Below, in pieces: positions 52,257 through 62,515 of a DNA stretch of 64,000 bases (within the stretch, counting starts at the first letter, position 1; each line of letters opens with the position of its first letter). Origin of the DNA: a virus. Location of the stretch: IMG/VR virus record IMGVR_UViG_3300021479_000013, positions 18,400 to 82,399 of that record. One strand, 5' to 3'. Made by a program: the position numbers and the translations under genes. The notes beneath the pieces were generated by a model. The model did not search any database. It was not told where the DNA came from and saw only the letters and a list, made by a program, of their open reading frames with translations.

Positions 52257-52943
52257 ATGGCAACCTTGGAACAGCTTCAATCAGAAATTCAAGCGCTCAC
52301 TCTGCGCATCAGCCAGTTTGAAAAAGAGCACGCGGAGCACCGCAGCGTTCACGTCTCCAGACGCGGAACGGAAGGTCCTCGCGGAGCAACAGGCACATCG
52401 GGACGCGACGGGCAAAATGGCACTAACGGAAAAGATGGGTTGCCTGGTAGGGACGGGGTTTCTAATATCCCTGGACCTGCGGGGCGAGACGGAAAGAACG
52501 GCGTGGACGGGCAATCAATTATTGGTCCGGCTGGAAAAGACGGGCGAAACGGGATTGATGGAAAGAATGGAGTATCTGGAAAGAACGGCATAGACGGCCA
52601 ATCAATCGTTGGACCGTCCGGAAAAGATGGAATCAACGGAGTCGACGGTAAAGATGGCGCGGCTGGAAAAGACGGCAAAGACGGGCAGTCAGTTGTCGGC
52701 TCAGCTGGAAAAGACGGGCGAAACGGCGTCGACGGTGTGAACGGCCATAACGGCGGTGATGGAAAATCAGTCACAGGTCCCCAAGGTATCCAAGGACCAG
52801 CCGGACCCGCAGGACAAAACGGGGCCGACTCAGTGGTTACTCAGTCCGACATCGCACACATGGAAGTACGTTTTAGGAATCTATGGAAGAGCGACATGCA
52901 AATCGCGCTAGGTACACACTTCCGAGAGAGCCACAAAAACTAA
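52257..52943 (+). CDS. Collagen-like (Gly-X-Y) fibre protein
   Basis: GKDG/GRDG/GIDG triplet runs with GQSIIGP interruptions. Confidence 0.85.
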   Translation: MATLEQLQSEIQALTLRISQFEKEHAEHRSVHVSRRGTEGPRGATGTSGRDGQNGTNGKDGLPGRDGVSNIPGPAGRDGKNGVDGQSIIGPAGKDGRNGIDGKNGVSGKNGIDGQSIVGPSGKDGINGVDGKDGAAGKDGKDGQSVVGSAGKDGRNGVDGVNGHNGGDGKSVTGPQGIQGPAGPAGQNGADSVVTQSDIAHMEVRFRNLWKSDMQIALGTHFRESHKN

Positions 52944-53389
52944 AGCCAAGAGAACTTGACTTCTACTCCCATTAATTTCATTTTCTCAGCAAAGAGGTAT
53001 TGCTCCTTTCTAATACCGTCTCCTGGTCCCTTGACTTCTTCAAGAACAAGTTCAAGATTTCCTTGCTCATTCTTTCTAATCAAAATCAAGTCAGGTGCCC
53101 CAGCACGGTAGTTTGGTATTACGGTCCAGCCCTCTCTTTCTCGAACAGCCATCTGTACGTCGGCGGCGTTTTTAATAATGCTTTTTACAGGCGCTTCAAA
53201 TTCGCCTGACCGAATATTTTTAAGCTGATTCAATTCGTCTTCGGTGATTGAGTAGAATAGTTTGGTTACGTTTCCGATTGTGAGCATCCGCCTCTTTGGC
53301 ACGATTCCTCGCAGTCGAATGTTTCGAGCCGCGTGGTGGGCCTTGTACCCAACGGCTAATGCTGCCTCTCTTACTGGTATAAATTTCAT
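52940..53389 (-). CDS. HTH plus VRR-NUC (PD-(D/E)XK) nuclease, inverted insertion with its own promoter
   Basis: GAPDLIL...EEVKGPGD.IRKEQ; AT-rich; upstream TTGACA-N17-TATCCT and GGAGG RBS. Confidence 0.8.
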   Translation of the reverse strand: MKFIPVREAALAVGYKAHHAARNIRLRGIVPKRRMLTIGNVTKLFYSITEDELNQLKNIRSGEFEAPVKSIIKNAADVQMAVREREGWTVIPNYRAGAPDLILIRKNEQGNLELVLEEVKGPGDGIRKEQYLFAEKMKLMGVEVKFSWL

Positions 53390-53450
53390 GGAAATCCTCC
53401 CAACTTAAGAGGATACCACATCCCGAGTTATTTGTCAAGGACTATTTTTC

Positions 53451-55028
53451 ATGGCATTCGGATACTTCACAAGTCTTTCGAGCGTCCCGCTTCAGCAGAT
53501 TGTCGACATTGCCGAGACCTACGGTAACCTCGAACCTGTTTTGAACGTGGGCGGTTTCACACAAACGATTGCGCTCTCTATCGCCAACACGGTGATGAAC
53601 GCGATCTGTTCGGTGGCGTTCCCACACAAGTGGAACGAGTTCAACATCCCGCCGATTTATTCTAACAGCAACCAGCAAGACTACGCGGTCGTTAACGCTC
53701 CCGGGGCAACCGGCAACTTGACACTGACTGCGGTCAACCAAGTCTCGGCCTCCCAAGGCACCACGTCATACGTGGGCAATATGCCCGACGGCGCGTTCGG
53801 CGGATACGTCGGCGTGCCCTTCGTAATCACCGGCTTCACTAACGCGGGCAACAACGGAACATTTATGTGCGTCGCGTCTTCTGCGGCGACTCTCGTCCTA
53901 CAGAACTCTGGCGGCGTACTAGAGACTCACGCTGCAAACGCGATCTCGGCAGCTGGCCCGCTTCTCAATATGTCGTGGCTGGAACGCGGCGTCGCGTTCG
54001 ACATCAACAACTCTGCAATTCCGAAACCGTTCGTCCGCATCGAGTGCGGGCGTCAACTTCCCCAAGTCACCGCGTCTTACACGGGCGCGGCAGGACTTGG
54101 CGACCCAGGATTTTATGCGTGCTGGTTTCCTAACCGCACGTTGTATTATGGAACGTGGGGACAGCCCAACGTCGGTACAGCAACTCTCGGCGGCAACCCA
54201 GGACCGCTTTCTGTTTACCTAGCGCCTCTCGGTTCTTCGGTGACTGCGGCGTCGTGGACACTCGGTCAAGCGACGTTCACTCTGACCAGCCTTCTGCCGA
54301 CCGTTACCGTCGGAAATACTCTCAACATCACGGGCGCGTTTCCCGCAGCGTATAACGGCAACTGGACTATCGTCAGCATCAACACCACCGTTTTATCTGC
54401 ACCGACCGTAACCGTCACGATGGCCGTTAATCCCGGAACGTTCGCGGCAGGCGGCGACGTGGATAACTCAAACGCCACAAGCCAGCCGAACAATCCTATC
54501 ACCCAGATTGTCGACGCAAACGGCAACTTTCTATTACTCACCACGTACGGCACCGAGGGCATCACGCCTCCCACAGCCGTACGCAACGCGGTCCCTGGCG
54601 TACTAGTGTCTGGCAGCGGCGCAACATCGCAGTGGACCGTGCTAGACCCGAACGGCTGGGGCTTCCGATTCACGCCCGTGCCGACTTCGACAGGAACAGA
54701 GTGGCAGTTTAACCTGACAGCGCAGATGAAGCCTGTACGATTCGTCAGCCTGGCGCAGACACTCGGCCCGCTGCCCGATGAGTTCGAGACATTCTTCCGC
54801 GAAGGCTTTATCGCGCAGTGCTACCGCCGCTCACCAGAAAAGACCGTCTACGCAAAGTTCCCAGCGGAGTGGGCGATCTGGAAGCAGACCCTTACAGAAC
54901 TGCGTGTGAAAGAAGATCGTGAACTAGAAGAGAATAAGTTCATCCCGTCGCGCACCGTATTCGGCGCAGCACGCAGCAGAAACAACTTCCAGGGTGCCGC
55001 CTGGCCATATAATTACCCTCGCCCTTAA
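53451..55028 (+). CDS. Putative head-tail adaptor/tail protein with inserted beta modules
   Basis: AN.VM..I....FP.KWN N-terminus, FRF.PVP, PLPDEF and helical C-terminus typical of adaptor proteins. Confidence 0.6.
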   Translation: MAFGYFTSLSSVPLQQIVDIAETYGNLEPVLNVGGFTQTIALSIANTVMNAICSVAFPHKWNEFNIPPIYSNSNQQDYAVVNAPGATGNLTLTAVNQVSASQGTTSYVGNMPDGAFGGYVGVPFVITGFTNAGNNGTFMCVASSAATLVLQNSGGVLETHAANAISAAGPLLNMSWLERGVAFDINNSAIPKPFVRIECGRQLPQVTASYTGAAGLGDPGFYACWFPNRTLYYGTWGQPNVGTATLGGNPGPLSVYLAPLGSSVTAASWTLGQATFTLTSLLPTVTVGNTLNITGAFPAAYNGNWTIVSINTTVLSAPTVTVTMAVNPGTFAAGGDVDNSNATSQPNNPITQIVDANGNFLLLTTYGTEGITPPTAVRNAVPGVLVSGSGATSQWTVLDPNGWGFRFTPVPTSTGTEWQFNLTAQMKPVRFVSLAQTLGPLPDEFETFFREGFIAQCYRRSPEKTVYAKFPAEWAIWKQTLTELRVKEDRELEENKFIPSRTVFGAARSRNNFQGAAWPYNYPRP

Positions 55029-55072
55029 TTGGTTAAGTAGTAAACTTTTAAAATTATTTCAAGGACAAAATA

Positions 55073-56008
55073 GTGTCGCTTAACCTACAAAATACCCTCA
55101 ATTGGACCGCCCCTTATATCCAGTACAGTCCACTAACTGCGGGTCTGGGTTTAGAACCCGCCGTATCGATTGCCTCGATGATTCGCAATTCTATTTTGAA
55201 CCCGCCTCTAACGTGGTACTTCAACCGCGCGGAGACAACGTTCACAACCGTTGTCGGCCAACAAGATTACACCGAAGCAATCCCAGACCTAGCGTTTATG
55301 GAAAAGGCTGCGCTCACAGACGACCAGGGTAATACGGTAGAAATCGATGACGTGTATAACAACGCGGCGTTATCCATCTCTGCGTTCCAACAGCGTCCCA
55401 CAGCCGTATCTGTCGAGAGTTCTTCCATCATCGCGGGCGCGTTGAACTTCAAGTTCAGATTCCTCGGCGTCCCCGACAAGATTTACCTGGTCACCATCGT
55501 GTACCAGAAGATGGCAAACCAGTTCGGCCCCTTCTTCATATCCTCTGCGGCTAACGCCAGCGCGGGAAATACGACATACACCGGAACCTTCGACGCCAAC
55601 TCGTTCCCCGCTGGCTCGATTGCTATCGTCACAGGCTTCGTTGCGCACACCGTGAACAACGGCTCGTTCGCGGTAGTCAGCGCTACCTCGACGTCTCTTG
55701 TCCTCGCTAACGCGGCGGGCGTTGCGGAAACGATTCCCGCTTACGTGAGCAACTTCAGCTGGGACCCGATTCCGGACCAGTACTCAGACATTTACAACAA
55801 CCTATTCTTATCGGAAGCTCTCGCGATGGTAGATGACCCTCGCGCGCAAACTTATCGCCAGCGCGGCGTGGCCGCATTCTTATCCAAGGCCAGCGGTCTT
55901 ACTGAGATGCAGAAGAACGCGTTCGCCCAACAGTGGATAGCACGTGATATCCAACGCCAGTCGGCAACAGGAATGGTACAGCTAGGTCACACTGGTCGAG
56001 GAGTATAA
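55073..56008 (+). CDS. Putative head-tail adaptor (tail tubular protein A-like)
   Basis: W.FNR....F.TVVGQQDY, RP, F..VPD..Y...I.YQK, IPDQY. Confidence 0.65.
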   Translation: MSLNLQNTLNWTAPYIQYSPLTAGLGLEPAVSIASMIRNSILNPPLTWYFNRAETTFTTVVGQQDYTEAIPDLAFMEKAALTDDQGNTVEIDDVYNNAALSISAFQQRPTAVSVESSSIIAGALNFKFRFLGVPDKIYLVTIVYQKMANQFGPFFISSAANASAGNTTYTGTFDANSFPAGSIAIVTGFVAHTVNNGSFAVVSATSTSLVLANAAGVAETIPAYVSNFSWDPIPDQYSDIYNNLFLSEALAMVDDPRAQTYRQRGVAAFLSKASGLTEMQKNAFAQQWIARDIQRQSATGMVQLGHTGRGV

Positions 56009-59000
56009 TGCCCGGTTCATTCGAGTTAAGCGGCGTACAGTCTAAAAAGCCGAGCGCTTGGGGCTCTCTATTCGTAGAGACCTTCTTCGAAGGCTTGAAC
56101 ACGAACCGTGCGCAGTTTCACCCGGGCGGAACGCAGGTGGAGAATAAATTCTACGGCGGAAGACCCGGACAGTTACTCGGCGGCAAGAACGTCGAGCTAA
56201 CAAACTTTCTCTCCCTCCAACGCCGTTTCGGACTCACTGCATTTTCAACCGCGACTTATCCGACGCCCCCTCTTTATGCGTTCGCCTTCCCTCAGCTCGA
56301 CGGCAGCATCCGCGACATCATCGACACAGGTTCTTCTGGAACTTTAGCTGTAGCCTCGGCTGCGGCAGCTAGCGGCTCTCCCGCTACCACCGTTTACACG
56401 GGAACGTTTCCTCTCGGCGCGTCCAACGCTTACGTTGGGATGATATTTACAATATCAGGTTTCGCGAACGCGGGCAATAACGGCTCCTTCGTCGTCACCG
56501 CCAGCACCACAACCACTCTCACTTTACTAAACCCGAACGGCATCGCGGAGACACTCTCTGCGTCGGCTATTACTGCGGGCGCTGTCTGGTGGGACGAGCA
56601 GAACGGCGTCAAATTTTTCTTATTCGCTAAGACCGCTGGCGCAGGACAGACCAGCTTCGTGGCCGTCGCGGGAATACTTTACGCGGGCGACGGGGTAGAT
56701 ACGTGGATTTGGAACCCGGCCAACACAGGAGCTAACGGGCAGGTTTTTGGTTTCGGCATCCCAACACCCACAGTAGCGCCTACGGTTATTATCACAGAGA
56801 GCGGCGTCGCGTCCGTAGCCTGGACCGCGTCGACAGAATTCTCTACTATGGGATTGATCTTTGATTCCGGCACCGGAGATATGTGGCAGCTTCAGTCGGT
56901 CAACGCGTCGACCGCCAACACCACCCAATTTGGAACATCGGGCAGCGGACAGCCAGCGTGGAACCAGAGTCCTGGCGGAACGACCTCAGATACAACAGGC
57001 GGCGGCTCGATCACCTGGACCAACAAAGGCCCTATCGTTCCTTGGACAGCTAACAGCGTATTCAACAACGGCACAGTCGGCGGAACGCTGGCCCAGCCGT
57101 GCGTCGTATACGACCCGCTCACGAAAGCGGTTTATATTCAGTCATCGTCAGCAGGCAGCGGAACAAGCGGACACACGGTCCCTGCATTCAAGAAGGCCCT
57201 CGGTCAACATACCAACGACGGAAGCTGCGTCTGGATTTGGATCGGTCCCGGCATCGCGAACGCGGGGCTGGCCCCTTGGGTTGCGAGCACGACGTACCCC
57301 GCAATAGGCACGGTCACCAACAACGACGCGGCGACGGCCATCGTAGAATTATCAGGATTACAAAACGGATTACCGCCCGCTCCACAGCTTCTGTACCTAC
57401 AAGCATCTGGCGGCGGAACGTCCGGCTCCGGTTATACCCCGTTCGGCACCACCCCTGTAGTTGCGGGAAACTTGGTCGACGACGGCGATCTAATCTGGAT
57501 GAGCCTCGGTCTTTATACGTGGGCCGCGACGACTCAGTACAACGCGTGGTCTGCAAACAATACGGTATTCTCCGCGATCTACGACGCTCTCACGCACGCG
57601 TTTTACGTCTGCACCGTGAGCGGAATTTCTAACGGCTCTGTTCCCGTGTTCAATCCTGGGTACGGGGTAACGACCGTCGAGACCAGCGGTCTGACTTGGA
57701 CCAACGTGGGCGACGGCGTAACGTGGGCAACCGCGACGAAGTGGTACCTTCCCGTGCAGGGATTCTTCCCGCCCAGCGGTTCAACGCCTTACGGCGGCGC
57801 TAGCATTATCGATACCAACCTCGTACCGGACGTAGAGTTCGTTGTTAACAGCGGACTGAGCGGAACGGTTCAACCGACGTGGCCCGCAGTAGGAAAGTAT
57901 ACCGACGACAACGGCACGTCGTTCACGCTGAGCCAGGTGGCTGTTGTTGGTCCGACCACAACTTACACCGGCACCGGACTGAGCACTCTAGCAGGCCAGC
58001 AGCTTATCATCACAGGATTCACGAACGCCGGGAACAACGGCTACGTGGTAGCGCTGACAGCGAACAGCACAACGTTCACTGTTAAGACCACGTCACAGGT
58101 AAACGAGACCCACGCGGCTGCGGCTGCGAACGGGCTGATATGGTTCAACGAAGAGCCCTTCAGTACTCAGTCCCTTGCCTTCACGAAGGGATACGCTTAC
58201 GCGTACTCTTACAAGTCGCGCTCGCTCACTGACTTTTATACGGTAGATGTCCCGGGCACGTCTCTGCCTCCGATTCCTCCCGGACTATCTGCACCTCTTC
58301 CGTTCCCGACAGGAAGCTTGACGGGCGACGTATCAAGCGCGTCCCCCGCAACGACAACGCCGACGGGTGTAAACCCCGGTGCGGTTCTTACGATCTCGGG
58401 TCCTATATCGACGAATCCGGCAGTAGACACAATCGTCATCTGGCGTTCCGCTGACGGCGGCGGAAGCGGGGAGATGTTTGAGCTAACAGAAATCCCTAAC
58501 CTCCCCAACGGCGGAAACGGCCAGTGGTCTTTTAGAGACTTCCTCCCAGACATCCCTTCGACAATCGCGGGCGTGACATATCCGGGACTCAACATCCTGG
58601 AGCCTGCGCCTATAGACGGCGTCAATAATCCCGCGCCTTCAAACTTCCGCCCCCAAGAGTATAACTTTGATCGCATCTGGGGCATCAGCGGAAACGAGGT
58701 CGTATTCAGCGGCGGTCCAGACACCCGCGTGGGGAATCCTAACACGGCGTTCAACGCTGCGGACGAGTTCACCTTCCTAGCGAACCCGGTTCGCGCGGTC
58801 AAGGTCGGCTCGATACTTGTCGTCTTTACTCCGTCGGCCATCGAAGTTATTGCGGGAGGTCCGTCAACCGGCTCCTTCTTCACTTACACTCTGGTGCGCG
58901 GCGTGGGCATGCTCAGCTGGAACGCTCTAGACGTCTTCGCTGGAGAGATATTCTTCTTCGGCTCCGACAACGTTCTCCGTGTTCTGTCTCCTAACTTAAC

Positions 59001-59733
59001 GCTCACGAACGCGGGCTTCCCAATCGAAGACGAGTTATCGAACGCTGCCATCTCGGGCGTTCAAGACGCCTCGTGGAATCCGTCGCTCGTTTACCTTTCC
59101 GTGCTTCAAAGCGGAAACGATAACATGATCGCTTTAGCAGACGGCTCGACCGGGTGGTATCGGTTGAATCCTCGCCAGCAGAACGGCTCCGTCAACGGGA
59201 CCGAACCGATCTGGTCCCCGTTCACAGCTATCACCAACGGCTGCAGGATGGTTACGACCGTTGAAACGTCGCCCGGTATCAAGAAGCTTCTGGTAGGCGC
59301 GACGACAGGCGGGCACACGATCTCGAAGCGAGACACGTCTGTCTACACAGACAACGGAACGTCGTTCGACGCGAACTTCATCCAAGGCACACTGGCTCTC
59401 GCGCGACGAGGCGAGCTTGCAATCCTCCGATTCTTGGAAGCAGACTTCTCCGGAGTCAACTATCAGCCTACGGTCTCGTACCTTATTAATGAGGCCTTTA
59501 ACTCGACCAGCGTATTCACGCCGTTCACCTTGGCACCGCAGTTCGACCCGCCGAGTCTATACGGGGCAACGTTGTCACCTGTTTCATATTCACCCAACCG
59601 GTATTATTTTGCTGGCGTGGGTTCCCTGGCTCGATGCATATTCATAACGCTCAAGGTGGATTTTGGCGTAACCTCGAATAGTGATACGATATACAATTTG
59701 ACAATTAACGGATCAGTACTCAAAGGTCAGTAA
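56008..59733 (+). CDS. Putative tail nozzle/stabilisation protein (P22 gp10/T7 gp12-like) with inserted repeat modules
   Basis: 1241 aa after the adaptor; NVELT....L.RR.G, YAYAYSY, I.IWRS..GG; repeated W.A.T.Y...SG...P.W/F......DG...W units. Confidence 0.65.
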   Translation: MPGSFELSGVQSKKPSAWGSLFVETFFEGLNTNRAQFHPGGTQVENKFYGGRPGQLLGGKNVELTNFLSLQRRFGLTAFSTATYPTPPLYAFAFPQLDGSIRDIIDTGSSGTLAVASAAAASGSPATTVYTGTFPLGASNAYVGMIFTISGFANAGNNGSFVVTASTTTTLTLLNPNGIAETLSASAITAGAVWWDEQNGVKFFLFAKTAGAGQTSFVAVAGILYAGDGVDTWIWNPANTGANGQVFGFGIPTPTVAPTVIITESGVASVAWTASTEFSTMGLIFDSGTGDMWQLQSVNASTANTTQFGTSGSGQPAWNQSPGGTTSDTTGGGSITWTNKGPIVPWTANSVFNNGTVGGTLAQPCVVYDPLTKAVYIQSSSAGSGTSGHTVPAFKKALGQHTNDGSCVWIWIGPGIANAGLAPWVASTTYPAIGTVTNNDAATAIVELSGLQNGLPPAPQLLYLQASGGGTSGSGYTPFGTTPVVAGNLVDDGDLIWMSLGLYTWAATTQYNAWSANNTVFSAIYDALTHAFYVCTVSGISNGSVPVFNPGYGVTTVETSGLTWTNVGDGVTWATATKWYLPVQGFFPPSGSTPYGGASIIDTNLVPDVEFVVNSGLSGTVQPTWPAVGKYTDDNGTSFTLSQVAVVGPTTTYTGTGLSTLAGQQLIITGFTNAGNNGYVVALTANSTTFTVKTTSQVNETHAAAAANGLIWFNEEPFSTQSLAFTKGYAYAYSYKSRSLTDFYTVDVPGTSLPPIPPGLSAPLPFPTGSLTGDVSSASPATTTPTGVNPGAVLTISGPISTNPAVDTIVIWRSADGGGSGEMFELTEIPNLPNGGNGQWSFRDFLPDIPSTIAGVTYPGLNILEPAPIDGVNNPAPSNFRPQEYNFDRIWGISGNEVVFSGGPDTRVGNPNTAFNAADEFTFLANPVRAVKVGSILVVFTPSAIEVIAGGPSTGSFFTYTLVRGVGMLSWNALDVFAGEIFFFGSDNVLRVLSPNLTLTNAGFPIEDELSNAAISGVQDASWNPSLVYLSVLQSGNDNMIALADGSTGWYRLNPRQQNGSVNGTEPIWSPFTAITNGCRMVTTVETSPGIKKLLVGATTGGHTISKRDTSVYTDNGTSFDANFIQGTLALARRGELAILRFLEADFSGVNYQPTVSYLINEAFNSTSVFTPFTLAPQFDPPSLYGATLSPVSYSPNRYYFAGVGSLARCIFITLKVDFGVTSNSDTIYNLTINGSVLKGQ

Positions 59734-61496
59734 TGCCCAATAGTGACTTCATAACAAACGAGAAAGATTTTACTATCCCGGAAGGGTGGTCTGAGGTAGG
59801 CGTTCGTCCGGAAACTGCGGGCGGCGGGGCTCCTGTCCCGCAAGTTCCTGTAGACCGGTTCGCGTCAGGCGCTATCAGCACGATGACGCTGGGTCTTCAC
59901 ACAGACATCCAGGCCTCCGCTACGTCAGGAAATTGCCCGTCGTTTCGAATTCAACCTCCGCAGCCGTCCGCTATCGCTGCGATAAACTCTGCAACCCAGA
60001 GCATAATTACGGAGACCGTAGCCACCGCAGTCGCCGCAATCGTTCCACCCGATGCCGATGTCCCGGTCATCAACGAGAACGTTCAAAGCGGGACGGCTTA
60101 CACGGTTGTTTTAACAGACCGAGATACCCTGGTCTCGATGACCAATAGTTCCGGAGGCACTGTTACGCTCCCCGGGACGGCACAGGCGTTCGGGTTCGTT
60201 CAGACGGCCCAAGGCGGCAGCGGCACTACCACGAACTGCACGGTCTCTTTAACGAACCGTCTCGGTAACGGGATGATCGCTACTTATTTTGGTAACAACG
60301 GTGCGGGTGGTCCTCTCGCCATCAGCGACACTAACGGGAACATCTGGACCGTTGTAAGCCTTCACTCAACTTCTGGCGCTCAACGTGTTGGAGTCTGGTA
60401 CTCGACAAATGTAAAAGCCGGATTTAATACGGTCGGTGTCACCGGTTTTACAGGCGGCACATTTTGCAATTTAATCGTAGAGGAATTCTCTGGCATGGTT
60501 GTTGGTGGACTAGACCAGCATAGCACAGGCTTAGCAAGCGCTACGATTACTCCTTCTGTTGCAAACACGTTTGCCTTTACTGCCGGCAGATTAACACAAG
60601 GCAGCGCAGGTCAGTCTGACACGGCCTTGGCTGGCTGGACCAATATACCTTGGACAACTTTTCCTGCCACCTCTATCAGTCAGTTTATAGCTGGAGTAGA
60701 TGAGTACATACTTAATCCGCCTCCCGCAGTGATCTTATCTGGTGCGACTTCGGGGCCTGCTTCCTCTAGCATGGACATTACCATTGCTAACTTCAAGACC
60801 TTCTCTGCGGCAAGCACTATCATGCCAGCTGGCTGGTACTGTTACATCGAGAATACGGGAACTGGTACGTTCACTGTCCAGTCAATCGCAAACATAGACG
60901 GCGCGTCTTCGACTATCACACTGCTCCCAAACACAGGAGTCTTGGTGGTCTCGGACGGCACCCAGTACTGGAGTGAGCGCGGGGTTGCACCTAGTATCAC
61001 ATTTGAAACAGGCGGCGTGCCCAATCACTCTCAGAATATTTTAAACCTAGTTGCTGGGACTAACATATCTCTCACCAACACCACCTTCGGCAACGTCCAG
61101 ATAAACGCGACAGGCGGCGGCGCACTGCCTTACGTTATGGGCGGTTTTATTGCTGGCACTTACGTATCTTCTCAAGACCTGATGGCAATTCCTGTTGATC
61201 GCACGGTTAATTTTGTGGCGAACTTCGGAGTGAACACAGACGGCAGCACTTCGGAAGCCACGTTGCAGGTCGCGGCTACGGCGTCGACGGTCTTTATCAT
61301 CAACCAGATTGTATCAGGCACCCCGACACAAATCGGAACGATCACGTTCGCTGCGGCAGGTACCGTGGGCACATTTGCTTCGACCGGTGGTCTAGGTCAC
61401 GCATTTAACGCGGGCGACGTGATGCAAGTCCTTGCCCCGTCTTCACCGGACGCTACCGCAGCATATCTAGGATTCACCTTGTCGGGTACAAGGTAA
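59733..61496 (+). CDS. Putative tail fibre or receptor-binding protein
   Basis: QSGT.YTV...D, VTLP, IENTGTGT.TV...IDG, VSDGTQY; Gly/Thr/Ser-rich. Confidence 0.65.
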   Translation: MPNSDFITNEKDFTIPEGWSEVGVRPETAGGGAPVPQVPVDRFASGAISTMTLGLHTDIQASATSGNCPSFRIQPPQPSAIAAINSATQSIITETVATAVAAIVPPDADVPVINENVQSGTAYTVVLTDRDTLVSMTNSSGGTVTLPGTAQAFGFVQTAQGGSGTTTNCTVSLTNRLGNGMIATYFGNNGAGGPLAISDTNGNIWTVVSLHSTSGAQRVGVWYSTNVKAGFNTVGVTGFTGGTFCNLIVEEFSGMVVGGLDQHSTGLASATITPSVANTFAFTAGRLTQGSAGQSDTALAGWTNIPWTTFPATSISQFIAGVDEYILNPPPAVILSGATSGPASSSMDITIANFKTFSAASTIMPAGWYCYIENTGTGTFTVQSIANIDGASSTITLLPNTGVLVVSDGTQYWSERGVAPSITFETGGVPNHSQNILNLVAGTNISLTNTTFGNVQINATGGGALPYVMGGFIAGTYVSSQDLMAIPVDRTVNFVANFGVNTDGSTSEATLQVAATASTVFIINQIVSGTPTQIGTITFAAAGTVGTFASTGGLGHAFNAGDVMQVLAPSSPDATAAYLGFTLSGTR

Positions 61497-62050
61497 TGGC
61501 AACAGATTCATTCACACGGCCCGATGGAGCGCTGGGAGCTAACTGGACCGTCGAAGCAGGGTCCGTCGTTATAGCCTCGCACGCCGCGACGTCAGGAACT
61601 CTCAACGTCTCGTGCCAGGCTATCTGGACCGCGAACTCTTTCACAAACGACCAGTCTTCTGAAGTAACGTTCGTGTCTATAGGTTCCGGATCATTTGCTG
61701 GACCTCTTATTCGATACACAACAGGGGGCGGGGGAAATTTCTACTTCGTCTCTTACGGGCAGGGCGCGGGAAACCTCAACTTATTTAAGGTCATCGCGGG
61801 CTCACAGTCAGCACTTGCCACAACGGCCTTCACCGTGAACAACGGCGATAAACTTGGAATCGAGGCCACGGGAACTACGATTACCGTAAAAGTTAACGGA
61901 GTTGTTAAACAGTCGGTTTCAGATTCTTCTCTGGCAACTGGCTCTCCCGGAATGATCTTCTTTGACCCGAGCGTGCACACGTCTATCTCACCTTGGACGG
62001 GCACTAGCTTATCGGTATCGACGAAAGCCAGTTTCTTCATAATGACATAG
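61496..62050 (+). CDS. Putative lectin-like beta-sandwich virion protein
   Basis: DSFTR.DG.LGANW...G..I...VNG.......DS....G.PG. Confidence 0.6.
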   Translation: MATDSFTRPDGALGANWTVEAGSVVIASHAATSGTLNVSCQAIWTANSFTNDQSSEVTFVSIGSGSFAGPLIRYTTGGGGNFYFVSYGQGAGNLNLFKVIAGSQSALATTAFTVNNGDKLGIEATGTTITVKVNGVVKQSVSDSSLATGSPGMIFFDPSVHTSISPWTGTSLSVSTKASFFIMT

Positions 62051-62056
62051 GATAAA

Positions 62057-62515
62057 ATGCTCACTCCTTCAACCGAACAAGACTTGGAACAGCTCAACGA
62101 GTGGATACTCCACGACCCGTATCACTTCCACCAGGGGCAACCCGAGTGGTGGCTTACGGGGAACGATAACCTTCTCGCGTTCTGTTTGTCCGATGACACA
62201 GGGCCGCTTTGTTACGTCCGCCTTGATTCAGAAGACGGATACGTTCGCATCCACACCCAGTTCGCTCCCGAGTCAGTCGTCTCGAAGAAGCGGCTCGTGG
62301 TCGGGATGATCGGGTGCATGAGTAAGCTGATCGAGTTTTACAAAGAGAGCGCGAAGGGAATGATCTTCAATTCCGTCAGCCCCAGCCTTGTTGCCTTTAT
62401 GGACACACGGTTTGGTTTTAAGGCTTGCGGAAATGATGATTACGTGATACAGTTTGAAGCAGGAGAACTACGTTCAAATGATAGGACATCTGTATCGCTA
62501 TCCGCATCCGAATGA
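62057..62515 (+). CDS. Putative GNAT-like virion assembly protein
   Basis: DL..L..W, F....GF pattern; position before ejection proteins as in podoviruses. Confidence 0.5.
   Translation: MLTPSTEQDLEQLNEWILHDPYHFHQGQPEWWLTGNDNLLAFCLSDDTGPLCYVRLDSEDGYVRIHTQFAPESVVSKKRLVVGMIGCMSKLIEFYKESAKGMIFNSVSPSLVAFMDTRFGFKACGNDDYVIQFEAGELRSNDRTSVSLSASE

Noticed and set aside
52370-52830. Tandem DNA repeats as a separate repeat element
   Set aside because: Fully explained by collagen-like Gly-X-Y coding.
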